Below, in pieces: positions 26,120-39,001 of a stretch of DNA of 64,000 nucleotides (its first letter is position 1; each line of letters starts with the position of its first letter). The notes under the pieces are model-generated. The model was not told the origin of the DNA. It made no database searches and worked only from the letters and a program-made list of their open reading frames with translations. The DNA comes from Octopus sinensis (taxonomy: Eukaryota). Position numbers and translations under genes: made by a program. Location: assembly GCF_006345805.1 (NCBI RefSeq), contig NC_043001.1, forward strand, positions 103,974,001 through 104,038,000. The letters are read 5' to 3'.

Positions 26120-26660
26120 AGAGTAGCGCATACCATAAAAGTGATGCAAGGGTACAAATATATGAAGCCTAACACACTCAGAATGACCAACCGTCTGATA
26201 AAGATACACCATGTACATGTATCACAACCACATGTGCACGACAAGGTGACTTCGTAACAAGATACACAGTGGATGGCTTTGCAGATGGGGCCCAGTTAGA
26301 ATTTTCTTCAGGTCGAATAGCCCATCCCATTCAAAAGGTCCCTGAATAAGGGTTGTTTAAGGATGATGAACAAAACAACCATGTTTACAGAGGCGAATTA
26401 TTCTAAGTCTAAAAAATTCCTCTCAACACATGGCTATGATGCTTCCCCACTACTTCTGCTCGTAACCAGAGATGCACATATCGTCAGCCACTGAAGGACA
26501 TGGTCATCTGGTTGAGGACAAGCAACTGACAGGCAAATTGGTAGTATTCAGCAGAATATTTGCTGTATTCAATCTTTTACACCAAGACAAAATATTTACA
26601 TGATAACACTTTCAATCAATTAGGATCCGAAGCTACGAAAGCTACTCCCTGGTACTCCAT
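26120..26660 (-). mobile_element. Repeat family D, older copy
   Basis: Colinear with 56161-56710 (e.g. cccagttagaattttcttcag...aaaaggtccctgaataagggttgtttaagga). Confidence 0.8.
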
Positions 26661-26679
26661 CAAGGGATATTTGGCAGCC

Positions 26680-27060
26680 AGCTGGCAGAATCGTTTGCCC
26701 GCTGGAGGAAATGCTTAGCGGTATTTCGTCTGCCGCTACGTTCTGAGTTCAAATTCCGCCGAGGTCGACTTTGCCTTCATCCTCTCTGGGTCGATAAATT
26801 AAGTACCAGTTACGCACTGGAGTCAATATAATCGACTTAATCCGTCTGTCTGTCCGTGTTTGTCCTCTCTGTGTTTTAGCCCCTTGTAGGTAGTAAAGAA
26901 ATAGGTATTTCGTCTGCCGCTACGTTCTGAGTTCAAATTCCGCCGAAGTTGACTTTGCCTTTCAACTTTCTGGGTCATTAATTACGCACTGGGGTCGACG
27001 TAATCGACTAGTCCCCTCCTCCAAAATTCCAGGCCTTGTGCCTTTAGCTGAAAGGATTAT
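26680..27060 (+). mobile_element. SINE family S1, long form with internally repeated core
   Basis: ggtatttcgtctgccgctacgttctgagttcaaattccgccga occurs twice. The same layout is seen at 37482-37880 and 55281-55680. Confidence 0.85.
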
Positions 27061-27240
27061 TATTACTACTACTATTACAACTACTTCTACTACAACAACT
27101 ACTAATACTACTATTACAAGTACTATTACTACTACTACACAGATAATCTCTATTAATCCTTGGCCATTATTTTGTCAATACGATTAACAATTCTTTATTT
27201 CCTAACAATGTTTTGGTTTAATGGGGAAACGAAGAAGAAG

Positions 27241-27272
<32 letters not shown>

Positions 27273-27276
27273 AAAA

Positions 27277-27328
<52 letters not shown>

Positions 27329-27967
27329 AAAAGAAGAAAGATCCATTCCTAATAAACATCTAACTCACCACTTTGCAGTTCGTGTTTATTATTTTGCTGA
27401 AGCCTCTAAGAAGAATCCGTCATTTTGGATGACAGATTTCGTTATTCTTCCAAATTACTGGAACAAGACTATATAATTAAATTTCGTCGTAAGAGTTGTA
27501 GGAGAGAAGCATCACTCATTATTACGACATATGGCTACAACGAAGGCCTTAGTACCGAAAGACTTGTGTAATTGGAAAACTGTCACGTAACGACTTTCTC
27601 TCCGAATAAATTTCGGTGCAAATCCTGGCAAATTAATGTGGACAGCAGAAATGTATGCCAGTATTTCAAACTTTCGCCACTTTCCAGAAACTCCATTTTC
27701 AAGAATATATAATCTCCAATTTACATAGACGAACGCAAAACAAATAAATGCCTCCGCAACCGTACAGGTGAGTAGGTTTGTGTTTAGAGTTGAATATAAA
27801 CATAATCATATGTCTACAATGTATTGTCAATCCGTGCACATTGTACTGCAAACAGTGAGTTCGATAACGTTGCTCCTCTCAGCAAATAACAAAAAATTGA
27901 GTAAGGTGTTGTTTGAACGTAAGCTTCCAGCTTCTGACCAACTCTCAGTGATTTCAATTTGTATCGT

Positions 27968-28435
27968 GACCCCCTTCGGTCATGAATGACCATGGGATTG
28001 CACCTAGAAAGTTACCCTATGAGGCACAAATCTGGGTAAGGTTGTTTATGGAAGACCAGCAGTCACACTGCATACCAGCCTCCCCTCTCAATGTCATTAT
28101 ATGTACATAGGGTAAAGGGCAAAGACCCCCTTCGGTCATGAATGATCATGGGATTGCACCTAGAAAGTTACCCTATGAGGCACAAATCTAGGTAAGATTG
28201 TTTATGGAAGACCAGCAGTCACACTGCATACCAGCCTCCCCTCTCAATGTCATTATATGTACATAGGGTAAAGGGCAAAGACCCCCTTCGGTCATGAATG
28301 ATCATGGGATTGCACCTAGAAAGTTACCCTATGAGGCACAAATCTAGGCAAGATTGTTTATGGAAGACCAGCAGTCACACTGCATACCAGCCTCCCCTCT
28401 CAATGCCATTATATGTACATAGGGTAAAGGGCAAA
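27968..28435 (-). repeat. Three 156-bp tandem copies of a SINE 3' tail
   Basis: gacccccttcggtcat starts at 27968, 28124, 28280 and 28436 (period 156). Confidence 0.9.
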
Positions 28436-28765
28436 GACCCCCTTCGGTCATAAATGACCATGGGATTGCACCTAGAAAGTTACCTTCCAAGGCACAAGTC
28501 CAGGCAAGGTTGTTTTATGGAAGGTCTGCAGTCGCCCATGCATACCGGCCTCCCCTCTCTACCCACTGATGTTATCCAAGGGAAAGGGAAAGGGAAAGGG
28601 GCCGTTACAGCTCGGAACCAGCGATGTCGCAACTCATTTCTACAGCTGAGTGAACTGGAGCAACGTGAAATAAAGTGTCTTGCTCAAGAACACAACACGC
28701 AGCCTGGTCCGGGAATCGAACTCACAACCTCACGATCGTAAGCTCGACGCTCTAATGACTGAGTC
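28436..28765 (-). mobile_element. tRNA-derived SINE (S3-type core, alternative tail)
   Basis: Colinear with 44020-44350. Its tRNA-like head on the minus strand reads ...agagcgtcgagcttacgatcgtgaggttgtgagttcgattccc. Confidence 0.85.
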
Positions 28766-28804
28766 AATTTATTGACATCATTAATGCACGCTAAGGAAGA
28801 AAAC

Positions 28805-29020
28805 TGTGGTTAGGTTTTGAACTCATGATTGTGGTTTCGATTCCTGGACTGGGCGATGCGTTGTGTTCTTGAGCAAAACACTTCATTTCACGTTGCTCCA
28901 GTCCACTCAGCTGGCAAAAATGAGTAATCCTGCGACGGATCGGCGTTCTGTTCAGGCGGGGAATTTCTACGCCACTGAAACCGGGAAACCGGCCCTTATG
29001 AGCCTGGCATGGCTGGAGAA
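28805..29020 (+). mobile_element. S3-type SINE
   Basis: ggtttcgattcctggact...gttcttgagcaaaacacttcatttcacgttgctccagtccactcagctg. Confidence 0.7.
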
Positions 29021-29289
29021 GGAAACATTTATTTTTCTTTATTGAAGGAAGAAAACTAATTCTATCTTTTAAGCATCTATTTTTGAATGTAAACAATTCA
29101 ATAGAACAAGGGACAAACTTGCAGCTAGCTAAGGACGAGAGTTGAATATGTTTTGCAGACAAAGACGATTAGCATCACATCGCCGCTACGTGAGCGTCAC
29201 ACACTCTCAGTCCGTTCGTCGCTAATGTTTAAAATACGATAGGGAATTTGAGCGACTGGAACCGATATTTATATCTAAACAGTCTTAGG

Positions 29290-29490
29290 GCGACCAACTG
29301 GCAGAATTGTTAGCACGCCGGAGAAAATGCTTAGTAGCACTTCGTCCGTCGTTACGTCGTTTCTGGCATCGACTTTACCTTTCATCATTTCGGGGTCGAT
29401 AAAATAAGTACCAGTCGATTACTGGAGTCGATGTAACCGACTTACCCCCTCCTCCGAAATCACTGGCCTTCTCACAAAATCTGAAACCTA
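29290..29490 (+). mobile_element. SINE family S1
   Basis: ctggcagaattgttagcacgccgg...ggggtcgataaaataagtaccag. Confidence 0.8.
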
Positions 29491-30059
29491 TATTTAAACA
29501 GATTTAAAGCGGAATTTATAGCTGACTTGACCGCAAACCTCCAAATTATGGCCTGAAAATATAAGTGTTGTAGGGGATTAGTAAAACCTCCCACGTGACG
29601 AGTGGAATGATACAGTCGCTATAAGTAAAGTGACGTCGGCCAGTATCGAGAGAGTACATGTATACTGTGTTGATAGTCGTGTCTGTACTGATATAGCAAT
29701 TGCACTATGATACTGAGTGGACGGTGTAACGATCCAACCGTTTGAGAATAATAACACTGTCCGACTGGGGTCGTACAGTGCCAGATAGAACCATTCTATT
29801 GACGACTTCGGAATATAACGATATCTGTCAGAGCGACAATCGCCATACAAAGACAGATACAAGAATAAGATCCCAGAAAAACGTGCCCACAATCCGCATT
29901 TGATTGGCGTTTAGAGCAATTTCAATTCGTGTAGTTCGACCTCTTCAGAACCAGACAAGCACTTCCAATCTCCTCCATCATTTTCTCTTAAATAAGAACT
30001 TGACACTGTTCAGCAATTTTATTGTATCTTTTATTTCTTATTTTGTTTACATGTTTTGG

Positions 30060-30380
30060 CCATCAGTTGCGGTCATTCTGGAGCACCGCCTTGAAGAATG
30101 TTTTAGCTGAATGAATCCACCATAATACTTATTCCATCGGTCTCTTTTGCTAAGTCAAGGGGATGTAAACACACCAACACCGATTGTCAAGTGATGGTGG
30201 AGGACAAACACAAACAGATACACGTGTGTCTGTTTGTTTATACAGGGGAGGCTTCTTTTCAGTTTCCGTCGAGCTAATCCACTCACAAGTCGCAGACACT
30301 CGTCCAGGGCGCTACGCAGTCAAATTGAACCCGGAACCATGTTGTTAGGAAGCAAACTTCTAACCACACAGCCTTGCTTG
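30060..30380 (-). mobile_element. CORE-type SINE S2
   Basis: Reverse complement of S2 (ctggagcaccgcc...cttctttcagtttccgtc...gaacccggaaccatg). Confidence 0.7.
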
Positions 30381-30569
30381 CGTTTCTATCTTTTCTACGT
30401 TGCTCACAACACACTGCTTCCTGTTTTTCGAAATGATTCTATTTATTTGGAAAATAAACGTGTGCGTACGCGCGTGTACATATGTATGTGCATGTGTTTA
30501 TATATGTATATATACACACACACACACATATGTATATGTATATATATCTATCTATCTATCTATATATAT

Positions 30570-30605
<36 letters not shown>

Positions 30606-30621
30606 CATAAATACGTATACT

Positions 30622-30669
<48 letters not shown>

Positions 30670-30719
30670 GATATATATATATATATATACGTATACACAC
30701 ACAGATATATATATATATA

Positions 30720-30772
<53 letters not shown>

Positions 30773-30993
30773 TGTGTGTTTGTGTATGTATGTATATATT
30801 AATGTTTGTTTGATCACTTAGAAGTAAATGCGTATTTTTAGGAACACGGTATGAAGTTCCTTCCAATGCAACGTTTTGTTCGAAGTAAATAAATTATAGA
30901 CATCGCTTCAAGTGAATTATAAAATCTGGTCTGTTTTGCAGATATTGTCTTTACTCTGTTCTATACACACACAAACACAAACACACTCACACA

Positions 30994-31036
<43 letters not shown>

Positions 31037-31589
31037 CACACACACACACACACGCACACACATACATAATGTATATAGAGAGAGTAAGAGAGAGAGAAAA
31101 AGAAAAGCAGAGATAGGGAGGAAGGGCAGAGGGAGTGATGAGGGGCAGAAAGAGCTAACTATAAACGTTAGATGAAATACATACGGGAAAATCGATTGAG
31201 TGGGATGTAACCTTTCCGTGGATATTTTCAATCTGTGTACCTCACTTAGAAAACACTATTTCCAGAATTCAATTTTTGTTCTGAATTCAAGACCTAGAGA
31301 GGCCAACTTTGCCTTCTATTTTTTCCGACATCAATATAGTTAGCACCCGTGAATTACAGGTACAATGGTCCACCTAACCGACTGCTCCTCACAACAAAAT
31401 CAATGTTTCTCAATCGGGTCTACTTGAGCCTTAATGGTCCTTATGAACTTTGGAGTTCCTTGTGACTCTTGGGGGAGTTTATGACCTTTGGAGGTCCCTA
31501 TGATATTTTGCTGTTAAAATGTTTATGTGCAATAAATTGGTTGCGCTTCTGCAATAGAGAAAATAGTTTCGCAATGTTTTTATACTTGT

Positions 31590-31720
31590 TTCCCAACCAC
31601 ATAGTTCCGGGTTCATTCCACTGCATAGTACCTTGGGCAAGTGTCTTCTGCTATAACTTCGGGCTGACCATAGCCTTGTGAGTGGATTTGGTAGACGGAA
31701 ACTGAAAGAGGCCCGTCGTA
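31590..31720 (+). mobile_element. CORE-type SINE S2, 5' half
   Basis: accttgggcaagtgtcttctgctata...ggatttggtagacggaaactgaaag. Confidence 0.8.
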
Positions 31721-31742
31721 TATATATATATATATATATATA

Positions 31743-32110
31743 CAGGGTGATTCAAAAGTCTCCATACATAGGAAAAATTTATTTTTTATAAGAAACAGTT
31801 TATAAAATCCCCTAGATTCCCTGATCTAACCCCTCTTGATTTCTATCTTTGGGGGCATTTGAAACGCGTGGGGGTATCGCGGAAATATAAAAGATATAAC
31901 TGATTTGAAGGAACGAATCACCAACTCCTTTGCACACGTATCACCAGATGTGCTATTACGAGTTCACGATGAGTGGGTTAAACGTATTGCAATGTGTATT
32001 CAAAACAATGGTAACCATATAGAGCCTGTTAAATAAAAAAAACAGTTCGTATAAACTGTTTCTTATAAAAAAGATAAATTGTTCCTATGTATGGCGACTT
32101 TTTAATCACC

Positions 32111-32113
<3 letters not shown>
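31743..32113 (+). mobile_element. Internally deleted Tc1/mariner-superfamily element with TA TSD
   Basis: About 63-bp TIRs (cagggtgattcaaaagtctccatacatagg...). An internal PRFPDLTPLDFYLWGHLK matches the SPDLTPLDFFLWG motif. It is inserted in (TA)n. Confidence 0.9.
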
Positions 32114-32168
<55 letters not shown>

Positions 32169-32269
32169 GTAAATCTAAAAAATACGAAGAACAAACACAA
32201 TAAAACAACAACGCAAGGACGTGGTACATGTAAAGTATTAGCAGACGCTCAGGGAAGGAAAGAAAGATG

Positions 32270-32305
32270 GTTTAACGTTTCGAGCAGACGCTCTTCTTCA
32301 GAAAC
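32270..32305 (-). ncRNA. Minimal type I hammerhead ribozyme
   Basis: GUUU-CUGAAGA-A-GAGC(gucu)GCUC-GAA-ACGU-U-AAAC, inside a short repeat end (32168-32350) that abuts (TA)n. Confidence 0.75.
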
Positions 32306-32564
32306 ATGAAACAGGGGAAAGTCAAATAGAAATGGAAAACAGAGGGGAATAACTCTTTGAATGCTTTGGATTCCCCCCTCCCACCAAAAAAAAAAAAAAC
32401 AATCGATGAGTGGAAAAATTGATAAAACAATTCCTTATGGATTTCCCAATCAAATTGTCTGCACTCTATTTTCAGCCAAACGTTTACCAATTTCAACAGA
32501 TTACGCTCAAATTTGATGTCAGTGTTACTTAGTTGTTATTATTATCATCATCATCATCATCATC

Positions 32565-32608
<44 letters not shown>

Positions 32609-32740
32609 TAGTAGTAGTAGTAGTAGTAGTAAGTGGTGGTGGTGTCGGTGGTAGCAGTGGTGGTGGTAGCAGTGGTAGTGGTAGCAGTGGTGGTGGCTGA
32701 TATATTCGTAATATACTAGTATAATCATTGGTGCGTCGTG

Positions 32741-33390
32741 TTAACCCCTTGATGCCGGTATTACCCGAAGCATGCGAGGCACTGCTGCGGTTTTTCATCT
32801 AATGAGGCCACACAAACACACAAGTGCCAACGTGCTCGCGCCTATTTACATTCACCGTTACAATAACATAACGTCGTATATTTACCTCAACCGGTTTATG
32901 AAAACGATCTATGTGAAGCTATTTATCATAATATGATATGCACGAGATTCCAAGAAGTAATTCCTCCCCTCCTCTTACATTCCAGAAAGTAATTCCTCTC
33001 ACTCCATATAAATGTCATATACCCTTTATCTAACAGTTCGTCATTCAATGACATGACGACATTAGTTGATGCTAGAATGTCAGCGACCCTGTCTTCGCCA
33101 GTATATATTTTATAGTTCCAGGTATAGACACGTGCAACACCGGATGACTGACAAACTCTATATACTTTCACTCCAAAGCGCGCACGTTTTGTAGGGTTGT
33201 ACCATCTGAATCGCAACAGCCCCTTGAATTTCCAGAGACTTTCGTCTATGGAAATATCTTGTGTAGGCCCATGGATACTTCCTGGAAGATTTCCAGGATT
33301 GGGGACTTCCCGGAAACTTCCGAGGATTAGAGACTTCCTGGAAACTTCCAAGGATGGGTACCTCCCTAGAGTAGAAACGATTTTCTCCAG
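32741..33390 (-). mobile_element. piggyBac remnant with transposase fragment
   Basis: TTAA-CCC terminus at 32741. ISIDESLWKFKG...YNPTKRARFGVKVY...YTWNYKIYTG matches the PGBD catalytic-domain signature. Confidence 0.85.
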
Positions 33391-33750
33391 GGTGGCGATC
33401 TAGCAGAATCGTTAGCACACCGGGCGAAATGCTCAGCAGTATTTCGTCTGCCGTTACGTTCTGAGTTCGAGTTCTGCCGAGGTCGACTTTGTTTTTCAGG
33501 GGGAGGTCGATGAAACAAGTACCTAAAGTAAAAACAATTATCATTTCCTCTGAAAACCGATATGATGACAGAATCGTTAGAGCGTCAGCCAAAATGCGTA
33601 GTGGCATTTTTTTCCGATTCTTAACGTTCTGAGTTCAAATACCGCCGAAATCGACTTCGCCTTTCATACTTCCAGGATCGATAGAATAAGTACCAGTTAA
33701 GCATTGCACCCACCTCCCCATAACTGCCTTGCAACCTGCCCTTAAATTAC
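33390..33750 (+). mobile_element. Two tandem S1 SINEs
   Basis: gcagaatcgttagcacaccgggcgaaatgc at 33403 and gacagaatcgttagagcg at 33567. Confidence 0.75.
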
Positions 33751-34331
33751 AAGCCTAGTGTCTCAAATTAAATCTATTATTATGATATTTCCCGATGCCC
33801 TTGTCATTGTTATTGTCGTGTAAGTACTAATCTTGCTGCTGCTACTACTAATGTCAGACTTTTTCCTTTTATGTTCAAGCGTCTTTGGCGACGAAATTAA
33901 TTCAGATATTCTAAGAAGAAACAGTATGCCGAACATCAAAGCGTCTATCGATTTTGTCTGGAGGAGTGAGCACTGTTCAGTCTTAATGCAAGTTACGTGC
34001 AATGGAAAAGCATATGAGCGAGAAGAGAACGTTAAGAGTGTTTTAATATTGCTACTTTCAAACTGGGCAATATATTTATTATCCAGTATGCTGTTATGTG
34101 CCAAAGTGGCAATATTCTCAAAAAGTTGGTCTTGGATATATTATGGTAATAAAAGCCAGTGTAAAGTATTTCGGTTAAGGATGAAGTCTATCATCGAAAT
34201 AAACAGCAGCTACGTTGTTTGTGGTTAGAAGCGGTTTCAAACTTAAATTGGATCCAAATGTGTTTTAACCCCACCTCCCTCCCAATTAGCAGAAATATTA
34301 AGGCAATGAGCAGGCAGAATCGTTTATACGC

Positions 34332-34922
34332 TTAACCCCTTACCAAACAATTATTTTGAAAATAAATGTATTTTTTCAGACATATTTTTTAATTGTTTTA
34401 TTTTACTATGTTTTGAATGGTGATTTCGAGGTATATTTCAAACCTTATTTATTATGAATTTTAATTCAATAATATTGATTTTAAATTACCGCTTTGGGCA
34501 GAAACGAGTTAACCGGATTTTTTCATAAATCATATTACTTTTGCAAAAAGTCATGTTATTTTATTTGGTTATCGACATGGTGGGGTTATAATATAAAGGT
34601 ATGAAAAAAACAACGTAAAAACAAAGTGAATACTTCTATTCATAAAATGTGCCTTCCAACCCTTCGACTGTATCCAGGTGACTAAATCATACTCGGTCTT
34701 CAATGCCTTACTCAAGCGAAAGATGGCAGAAATCGTCACTGCCAGACGTATAAAGTGAGCGAATATACTCGTATATGTCAAAAAAGAGTTTATAATAGAC
34801 AAAGGAACTCGTTTGCTGTCGATTTTGGCGAGTCTATCTTTTGACGAGTTAACTCGCCAGAGATAGAAAAAAACGATTTCGGTCAAAACGCATATATTCG
34901 TTTCTGCCGGGTAAGAGGTTAA
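34332..34922. mobile_element. piggyBac-type MITE
   Basis: TTAA at both ends with short TIRs (ttaa-ccccttacc ... ggtaagagg-ttaa) and a non-coding interior. Confidence 0.75.
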
Positions 34923-35185
34923 GGCGGCGAGCTGGCAGAAACGTTAGCACGACGGGCGAAAAGCGGTATTTCGTTTGTCTTTACGTTCTGAGTTCAAATT
35001 CCACCGAGTTCGACTTTGCCTTTCATCCTTTCGGGGGTCGATAAATTAAGTACCAGTTGCGTACTGGGGTCGATCTAAACGACTGGCTTAATGAGTACCA
35101 GTTAACTATTGGGGGTCGATGTAATCGACTGCACATCCCCCGCCCCCGCTTCCGGAAGTTGCTGGCCTTGTGCCAAAATTGAAAA
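34922..35185 (+). mobile_element. SINE family S1
   Basis: aggcggcgagctggcagaaacgttagcac...gcctttcatcctttcgggggtcgataaattaagtaccag. Confidence 0.9.
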
Positions 35186-35774
35186 ACGTTCAGATATTTA
35201 TCAGATTTTCACTTCTTCTATTACTACTACTAATGCTACTGTTGCTGCTGCTACTACTACTACTGCTGCTGGTGCTACTACTACAACCACTGCTGCTAGT
35301 GATTATACGACCACTACTACTACTGCTGCTGTAGGTACTGCTGCTACAATTACTTCTTAATTAGCATATTGGTTACAAATTGTAGCCAGAAAACGAGTGC
35401 TAAGAGGGAATCACCTTGCAATGTTACTTTTCTTACAATAAGCTATTTTTACACAATTCCCTCTTTTATTTATATCTTCAGAATGGTTTGCCATTTCTTC
35501 AGTATGTTCCTCACTCACTACCTTACTCATTGTCGATATTTCCCAGATCCAAATGTGGAAATATTGTTCCCGGGTGGCTGGAAATCCAACCAAATTCAAT
35601 CCATCCCTTTTTCTCTTATAGTATTCTTGTCCGATAATCGATATTTAAAACCGCATAAAATATCGAAGATCCTTTCAAGTTTTCTGAAATTAAATTTTTT
35701 TACTTTCTTTTTATTTGTTTATTTAGCAAATGATCGTTTGTCCTCGGCGATATAAACTCCACTAAAAGTTGGCT

Positions 35775-35915
35775 TCAAATTTTGGCACAAGGCCGGCAAT
35801 TTCGGGAGAGGGGTAAGTCAGTTGCATCGACCCCCAGTGCGAAGCTGGTACTTATTTTTATCGATTCTGAAAGGATAAAAGGCAAAGTCGGCCTCGGCGA
35901 AATTTGAACTCTGAA
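35775..35915 (-). mobile_element. SINE family S1, 3' part
   Basis: Reverse complement of the S1 core and tail. Confidence 0.75.
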
Positions 35916-36002
35916 CTCAAGCATGAAGAAGTGATATGGCGAAGGTTCTAGTTGAAATATTTTAAGGGCACACGCGAAATATTTGTGAGTGTATGTGGCA
36001 TT

Positions 36003-36315
36003 CTGCCGGTTATGTCGACGACGAGGGTTCCAGTTGATCCGATCAACGGAACAGCCTACTCGTGAAATAAGCGTGCAAGTGGCTGAGTACTCCACAGACA
36101 ACGCATACCCTTAACGTAGTTCTCAAGGCGATTCAGTGAAACACAGTATGTGTCAAGGCTGGCCCCTTTTGAATTACCGGTACTACTCATATCTGCCAGC
36201 TGAGAGGATTGGGGCAACGTTTAACAAAGTGTCTTACGCAAGGACACAGCGCTCCGCAGCGAATCGAACGCACGTTCATGACCCAAATACCCGAACCACT
36301 GAGCCAGACGCCTTC
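36003..36315 (-). mobile_element. SINE family S3
   Basis: gacgacgagggttccagttgatccgatcaacggaacagcc...aaccactgagcca. Confidence 0.8.
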
Positions 36316-36894
36316 ACTGTGAATGAAATTCTTGTTTTCTAATTTCTTTTCCTAATCGTTCAGGTGTTGCATTTGTGATATTCGCAATATTTTCGTCCAT
36401 GCTGATCCGATTCCTGGCCACACTCTTCCACCTCTAAAATCTATTTATTCCACTGCTTTCGCTGTTGGCATTGCGTTGCTTTCAATTCTCGCGGTTCTTG
36501 TTAAAAAGCGTTTGTTTAGGAGTGAAGCTGTGAGTTTTAATCAAAGAATCGTTATCATATTTCATAACTGCTGCTTCTTTTATGATTTAACAACTATTGT
36601 TTTAGGCGTTCTCTCTTATTTTTTGTATTATATTTGTAGTTTTGTTTCTGTTTCCTTTCTTCACTCTTTTCATTTCAGCCTTTTCGTTGTTGATTCCATT
36701 CAGAATCGAGCGATATTTTCTAGAATTTTCTATCGTTCTCTTTCTGTTTGTTTTCTTTGTTGTTTTTCTTTTGCGTTGCTTGCTTATCTTTTATATATTC
36801 TTTTAATGTGTAGGATTAAGAAAGAACTTGCTGTCTTTGTTACTACTGTGGACGCTATACAAATGATTGCATACATTATGTTGAAATTAATATT

Positions 36895-37200
36895 GGTTTC
36901 AAATTTTGGCACAAGGCCAGGAATTTCAGGGGAGGGGGTGAGTCGATTACATTGATACCACTGCTCGACTGGTATTTATTTTATCGACTCTGAAAGTATG
37001 AAAGGTAAAGTCGACCTCGGCGGAATTTGAACACAGAACATAAAGACGGACGAAATGCCGCAAACGTTTCTGCCAGCTCGTCGCCTTATGAAGATGAAAG
37101 TCGACTATGGTCGTACTGGAACCCTGAACGTAAAGAGCCGACAGATATACCGGTAAGCATTCTGGCCGACGCGTTAACGATTCTCCCAGGTCACCACTTT
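36895..37200 (-). mobile_element. SINE S1 copies (minus strand)
   Basis: ggtttcaaattttggcacaaggcc...aaagtcgacctcggcggaatttgaa. Confidence 0.75.
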
Positions 37201-37234
37201 AAAGGGTTTTTTTTAATATTGAAACATTGTTAAA

Positions 37235-38520
37235 AGGCAGCAAACTGGCAGAAACGTTAGCAAGCTGGGCGAAATGCTTAGAGCTATTTCGTCTGTCTTT
37301 AAGTTCTGAGTTCAAATTCCACCGAAGTCGACTTTACCTTTCATCCTTCCGGGGTCGATAAATTAAGTACCATGTGCGTAGTGGGGTCTTTGTGCCTAGA
37401 GTAGAAAAGAATATTTTAGACGGCAAAGGTGGCGAGCTGGCAGAAACTGTAGTACGCCGAGTGAAATGCTCATTGTTAAAAGGCGGCGAGCTGGCAGAAA
37501 CGTTAGCACACAGGACGAAATGCGTAGCCGTATTTCATCTGCCGTTACGTTCTGAGTTCAAATCCCGCCGAGGTCGACTTTGCCTTTCATCCTTTCGGGA
37601 TCGATTAAATAAGTCCCAGTTACGCACTGGGGTCGATATAATCGACTCAATCCGTTTGTCTGTCCTTGTTTGTCCCCTCTGTGTTTAGCCCCTTGTGGGT
37701 AGTAAAGAAATAGGTATTTCGTCTGTTTTAACGTTATTAGTTCAAATTCCGCCAAGTCCAACTTTACCTTTCAGCCTTTCAGGCTCAATAAATTAAGCAG
37801 CAGTTGCGTACTTGGGTCGATCTAATTGACTGCCCCCTCCCCAAATTCGGGCCTTGTGCCTAGAGTAGAGAAGAATATTGAAACATTGTTTCGACGACAA
37901 CCGGAGATGACTGTGGGTGTGGTGGCAAAGATTGTGTCCTTCGAGTATCAAAATTTTACAAAATATAAAGTAAGCACGTGGCCCTTAAAAGAGACAAGTG
38001 AACGACCGGCAGCTTTCAGTTAAACCTTTCTAACATTTGAACTCACCACACAATTCCTAATAGGAGAAAGGATGAATCTGATATAGTGTTAAGTGAGTGA
38101 GCAGGTGGAATTGTTAACGCACAGGGCAAAATGCTTAGCGGTATTTCGTCCGTCTTCATCTTCTGAGTTCAAACTCCGCCGACGTCGACTTTGTCTTTCA
38201 TGCTCTCGGGGTCGATAAAATAAGTACCTGTTGAACACTGGGGTCGATGTAATCGACTCATCCCCTCTCTCAAAATCGTTACCCTTGTATCAAAGTTTAA
38301 AACCATCATTATTATTACTAAAGCGGCGAGCCGGAAAAATCGTTAACACGCCAGATGCAATGCATAGCAGCATTTCGCCCGTCTCTCAGTTCTAAGTTAA
38401 AATGCCGCCGAGTTCGACTTTGGTTTCTGAACTTTCGGGGGTCGAAAAATAAATACTAGTCCAGCACTGTGGTCAATGTAATCACTTTTCCCCCTACCCT
38501 AAAATTTCAGGCCTTATAGA
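37235..38520 (+). mobile_element. Cluster of at least five S1 SINEs
   Basis: S1 heads at about 37235, 37427, 37482, 38098 and 38322. Confidence 0.85.
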
Positions 38521-38642
38521 AAGCAACCTCATGTCCTGTTACCCAATATGACAAAGGATAGTATTCAATATAGAGCTGTAATCCAATTTTAGCTTTCTAT
38601 CTTCAAAATCACGGAGGTAGTACCATAGCCAATGAAGGCTAG

Positions 38643-39001
38643 TTACCTCCGCCTTCGTTAAGGCGGAGGTACTGTTTTCAGTGGTGTTTGTTTGTCCGTG
38701 GACAAGATATCTCAAGAACCGCTGGATAGATTCGGATGAAACTTTCAAGCATGTTTGGCCCCGTAACTGGCACGAACTGATCAGGTTTTGGGATCGATCC
38801 GATATTGGACAAGGATTCTGAATTATTTTTCCTGTTTTTTTTTTACTTAACTTTGAGAGCAGTCAGGTTCATTTTTAATATTCTCGTTTGTGAAAGCATC
38901 GGGTTTGTTTCAAATATTCTCATTTTAAAAATCATCTCTGGCTAATCGTCAAGAGAACGTTGGTGTTGCCTTGGCGGAGGTTTGCGCTCTCTGAGTGCTT
39001 T
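38643..39001 (+). mobile_element. Non-autonomous Helentron/Helitron element (HINE/DINE-like)
   Basis: 5' ttacctccgcc...ggcggaggta hairpin, gtttgtttgtccgt and gatatctca, then a 3' subterminal ggcggaggt followed by the gcgctc-tct-gagtgc hairpin and T run. Confidence 0.75.

Noticed and set aside
27968-28500. CRISPR-like periodicity
   Set aside because: Whole units repeat with no unique spacers, in a eukaryotic SINE context.
33763-34228. ORFs on both strands; the minus strand has FGILFLLRISEL, reminiscent of tyrosine recombinase box I
   Set aside because: A single short motif with no HxxR or catalytic Tyr region, so it is probably chance.
35460-35600. Possible exon after a pyrimidine-rich ...cttcag acceptor
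   Set aside because: No convincing donor site or recognisable peptide. RNA-seq would be needed.
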